NCBI GenBank assembly: GCA_948777935.1 | Contig: CAQDYY010000001.1 | Span: 404,930-468,929, forward strand | DNA length: 64,000 bases | Reading direction: 5' to 3' | From: an uncultured Clostridia bacterium | GTDB lineage: Bacteria; Bacillota; Clostridia; TANB77; CAG-508 | Shown here: positions 60,678 through 64,000 of the stretch, in pieces | Numbering within the stretch: the stretch's first letter is position 1 | How the letters are laid out: every line of letters starts with the position of its first letter | The notes under the pieces: model-generated | Seen by the model: only the letters and a program-made list of their open reading frames with translations | Told to the model about the DNA's origin: nothing | Databases searched by the model: none | Translations under genes and position numbers: made by a program

Positions 60678-61331
60678 ATGAATACACTTATTGTTTCTGG
60701 TGGAGAAATTAACTTGGATTTTTTAAATAAATATTATAATACTAACAAAAATAGTACTATTATTGCTGTGGATAAAGGATTAAATGCTTTACATAAGTTA
60801 AATATTTTGCCAAATCATATAGTTGGTGATTTTGATTCTGTTAATAAAGATCTACTTGCTTTGTACTCTAATAACCCTAATATAACTATTCACAAATATA
60901 ATCCCGAAAAGGATTATACTGATACAGAAATTGCTATTAAACTTGCTATAGATTTAAACAGTTGTTGTATAAATATAATTGGTGGTTTTGGAAATCGTAT
61001 TGACCATTTGCTTGCAAATATTCATATATTGATGCATGGCTTGAATGCTAATATTCCATGTTATCTAATAGATGAATATAATAAATTGTATTTGATTAAT
61101 AGTACTACAGAAATTCTTAAAAGTAAAACATATGGAAAGTACATATCACTTATTCCTTTAACAAGCTCTGTAAGTGGCTTAACTTTAAAGGGTTTTAAAT
61201 ATCCTCTTACAGGCTATACCTTGCCTATTGGGGTAAGTTTAGGCATTAGTAATGAAATAGTAGATGATATTGCAACAATTTATTTATCTAATGGTGTTCT
61301 AATAGTAGTTGAAAGTTGCGATTTTGCTTAA
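60678..61331 (+). CDS. thiamine pyrophosphokinase
   Basis: 217 aa; TPK catalytic motif GDFDS, C-terminal thiamin-binding domain. Confidence 0.75.
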   Translation: MNTLIVSGGEINLDFLNKYYNTNKNSTIIAVDKGLNALHKLNILPNHIVGDFDSVNKDLLALYSNNPNITIHKYNPEKDYTDTEIAIKLAIDLNSCCINIIGGFGNRIDHLLANIHILMHGLNANIPCYLIDEYNKLYLINSTTEILKSKTYGKYISLIPLTSSVSGLTLKGFKYPLTGYTLPIGVSLGISNEIVDDIATIYLSNGVLIVVESCDFA

Positions 61332-61377
61332 TTCGTAGTATAATAGTAGCATACGAGGTGCATAAGGAGGTAAAATG

Positions 61378-61660
61378 TATGAATGATAATCATATTTTTT
61401 CTCGGTATGAGCTTTCTAAGCTGATGAAGAAGGCAGAAGATGAATCATATTCTTCAGTTCAAAAGGAATTTATTGAATACATAAATTCAGAATTTGGTAA
61501 GCCAAATTCTATGGGCTTTTGTAAGATACCTGCTGAACTTGAATACAATTCTATCCCAATTTACTCTATAAATAGGGTTCTTCGTCCTTTAGAGCTTAAA
61601 ATTGTAAAACTTAAGAGAAAACGAAAAGGCAAAACCATCTTCTACTTGGATCGGCTATAA
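61378..61660 (+). CDS. small hypothetical protein
   Basis: 94 aa from MNDNHIF with AAGGAGG RBS and TAGTATAAT -10 upstream. Confidence 0.4.
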
Positions 61661-61707
61661 TCTCAAACAATCTCTAAACAAGGCGAGCATTATGCTCGCC
61701 TTTTGCC

Positions 61708-63306
61708 CTACTTTATTCTATATATATTACATGCATTCATTCCTTGTACATGTTCATATGAAGAAAGCCCTAATGTATCAGTTATTTCTTGTAAGTGTGG
61801 ATTATGTTCTATTCCTCCATTTATAATTACTATTAACCCTTTAGATGTATCTATTTCTTTAAAGATTTCTTCTAGCTTTCCTTTACTAAATTCCTTAACA
61901 TCCATAACATATGAGTTATCTAATATTGTAAATAAATATAAATCATCTAAAAACCTATTTTGACTTGTGTTAAATACATATAAACATGGAACATCGTGTT
62001 CTTTTTCTATAATGTTTACAATTTCTTTTTTGTCTTTATATAAGTAATAGTAATCTATACCACCACCTAAATGCAGATTTGGAAGTATTAGCATAATTAT
62101 AAATATAGCTGATAATATGTTATATGTAGTTCTTTTTGAAAATACTTTTTCAAACATTACTTTTGATAAATAAAATACTCCTATTACCATAAGTGGACAT
62201 ACTGGCATAATATATCTAAGTTCCTGATATGGTGAAATAAGCCCAACAATTGCAAAATATATAATTGTTGGTATAAACATTAGCCAAAATTCTTTATTTT
62301 CAAATTTTAATGTAATCTTCTTGTTTTTTGATAGTTTATATATTGCAACTACTATTCCTGCTAAAGCTAATAATATTAGTACTCCATTAAATGTATTATG
62401 GTTTAAAATAGCTATATATGAACCTAAAGAATTCCACATTTTCTTAATGTCTAATAAGCTAGACATTGCTCCTGTTCCTCTATACCCCATAAACATATGA
62501 ACAAATGAATATGGGAAAATAGCAAGCGATATAACTGCTGAAACTACCATTGTTAAAATATATTTTACCAAGTTTTTCATATTTTTTTCTTTTATAAATT
62601 TTATTACATATATAACAAATAGTACAAATAAGAATACTAAATAGTAGTAATGTGTTAATGAACCTATTATTATAAATATAGACATTATTGCTAAATCTTT
62701 TATTTTTAAGTTTTCTTTTTTCAAATTGATAATATGTAAGTATGATATGATTAATAGGTTTAGCGCATTTAATGCATACATTCTAATATATACTGTTGTA
62801 TCAATAGATGCTAGTGTACAGCCATTTACAAGTACCATAAAAACAGCATATAACTTATTTTTAAATATCTTATTTGAAATAAGGTATATCATAATACTTG
62901 TTAATATAAATATAATAATGTTTAATGTAATTCCTGTCCACTTTGAAAATGAGTCTACTGTAAAGCTTGCAGCTATTCTTAATAGTAAATAATAAAATGG
63001 TGGATGTACGTCATTTTTCTGGTTTTCATATACTGGTGTAAAATTTAGTGCTTCTTCGCTCGATATAGATAAATAATCGTAGTAATATTCTTTTTCGTGC
63101 CAATTGTTATAAAAGTCTTCATTATTCATAATATCAACTTTGTCATAATTCATTAGTCCATATGAATACCCTTCATCCATATGTAAATATGCTTTATCTA
63201 TTCCGTATTTAATACGTATTCCTACTTGTAAAAGTATAATAACTACCAATAGAATGATTAATACTTTGTTTTGGTTGTTTTTTATAAATTCCTTTATTTT
63301 CTCCAT
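61708..63306 (-). CDS. GT-C family membrane glycosyltransferase (GT39/GT83, ArnT/PMT-like)
   Basis: 532 aa, N-terminal DE motif (HMDEGYSY), ~11 TM segments, C-terminal soluble domain. Confidence 0.6.
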   Translation of the reverse strand: MEKIKEFIKNNQNKVLIILLVVIILLQVGIRIKYGIDKAYLHMDEGYSYGLMNYDKVDIMNNEDFYNNWHEKEYYYDYLSISSEEALNFTPVYENQKNDVHPPFYYLLLRIAASFTVDSFSKWTGITLNIIIFILTSIMIYLISNKIFKNKLYAVFMVLVNGCTLASIDTTVYIRMYALNALNLLIISYLHIINLKKENLKIKDLAIMSIFIIIGSLTHYYYLVFLFVLFVIYVIKFIKEKNMKNLVKYILTMVVSAVISLAIFPYSFVHMFMGYRGTGAMSSLLDIKKMWNSLGSYIAILNHNTFNGVLILLALAGIVVAIYKLSKNKKITLKFENKEFWLMFIPTIIYFAIVGLISPYQELRYIMPVCPLMVIGVFYLSKVMFEKVFSKRTTYNILSAIFIIMLILPNLHLGGGIDYYYLYKDKKEIVNIIEKEHDVPCLYVFNTSQNRFLDDLYLFTILDNSYVMDVKEFSKGKLEEIFKEIDTSKGLIVIINGGIEHNPHLQEITDTLGLSSYEHVQGMNACNIYRIK

Positions 63307-63361
63307 TTTATTTTCCTTTCATAACAAATTAGGGATATAGTTTTCATATATCCCTAAAAAT

Positions 63362-64000
63362 TTATGCAACTTCATTAATTTTAATATTACGAACATGTTC
63401 AATTTTATCCCAGTTTGTTTCTCTTTTAAATAAACATTTAAAGTTTATTAGTAACCATGAGCCTAAGAATAATGGATAGCATAATAACCCTTTCCACATT
63501 GGTTTTATTGGTTTTTTATCTAATATCATAATTAAAATAGCTGTTCCAATTGGTAGTAAAAATGTTGGTATTAAATATCTTAGTATATTAATTAGTAATT
63601 CCCCTGTGGTAATTCCATTTCCTAAATACATAATAAAGTTAATGGCAAGTAGTACTAATGTTAAAATAAACATGGGAATACTTCCAATAATATATAAAAA
63701 TCCATCAAAATTCATTAATGTTTTCTTTTCTTTTGTTGCAACGGCTAAGTCTTTTGTATAATTTTGAATACATTGCATATGTCCTACTGTCCATCTTGAA
63801 CGTTGTGACCAACTTTGTTTAAACCCTACTGGTTGCTCATCATATACAATTGCTTCTGTTGACCAGCCTAGCCTTTTACCCGCAATAATTCTTTTTAAAG
63901 AAAATTCTATATCTTCTGTTAAAGTTTTTGTATCCCATCCATTTGGTTTTACAACATCAAATTTTACCATAAATCCAGTTCCATTAATTAATGGAGATAA
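63362..64000 (-). CDS. C-terminal part of a membrane-anchored family-2 glycosyltransferase (partial, runs off window)
   Basis: Q(R)xRW motif (QRSRWTVGH) typical of processive GT2 enzymes, followed by TM segments. Confidence 0.55.
   Translation of the reverse strand, partial: LSPLINGTGFMVKFDVVKPNGWDTKTLTEDIEFSLKRIIAGKRLGWSTEAIVYDEQPVGFKQSWSQRSRWTVGHMQCIQNYTKDLAVATKEKKTLMNFDGFLYIIGSIPMFILTLVLLAINFIMYLGNGITTGELLINILRYLIPTFLLPIGTAILIMILDKKPIKPMWKGLLCYPLFLGSWLLINFKCLFKRETNWDKIEHVRNIKINEVA

Overview
This is AT-rich (about 28-30% GC) chromosomal DNA that looks like a Firmicutes/Clostridia-type organism, on the evidence of polC, spoIVA and a GerA-family germinant receptor operon. Most genes are housekeeping genes on the minus strand. 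In order they are: cysteine desulfurase, ileS, a divergent MgtA-like P-type ATPase, apt, NUDIX hydrolase, M20 peptidase with a DapF-like gene, secA, rhodanese, polC, rseP-cdsA-uppS-frr-pyrH, glmU, spoIVA(+), gerA-family A-B-C(+), truB, nrnA, rbfA, infB, ylxQ, ylxR, nusA, rimP, upp plus a uracil permease, a radical SAM protein, a tRNA-Gly/Ile(CAU)/Tyr cluster, typA, plsC, cmk, thiamine pyrophosphokinase, and glycosyltransferases. No rRNA gene or CRISPR array is present. The features the ORF track does not explain are as follows. (1) A type III toxin-antitoxin locus lies just downstream of secA: a ToxN/AbiQ-family toxin preceded by a sigma-A promoter, about three 40-42 nt tandem RNA repeats with covarying hairpins (ToxI-like), and an intrinsic terminator. 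(2) A divergent RelA/SpoT-domain (small alarmone synthetase-like) protein with a large internal insertion is encoded next to the tRNA cluster, where a duplicated 3' fragment of tRNA-Tyr looks like an att remnant. (3) At least five families of short GC-rich structured intergenic repeats occur in 2-5 copies each, several with compensatory stem changes, and one forms a roughly 180 bp MITE-like palindrome. (4) A tandem, diverged pair of RelE/ParE-type toxin-antitoxin modules sits between rseP and polC, and dxr and ispG are absent from this usually conserved Clostridial gene block. Four genes (mgtA, polC, cdsA, a DUF2000 gene) carry single-base frameshifts, three of them at A7/T4 homopolymers. This most likely reflects indel errors in the assembly, so every frameshift or pseudogene call here should be treated with caution.
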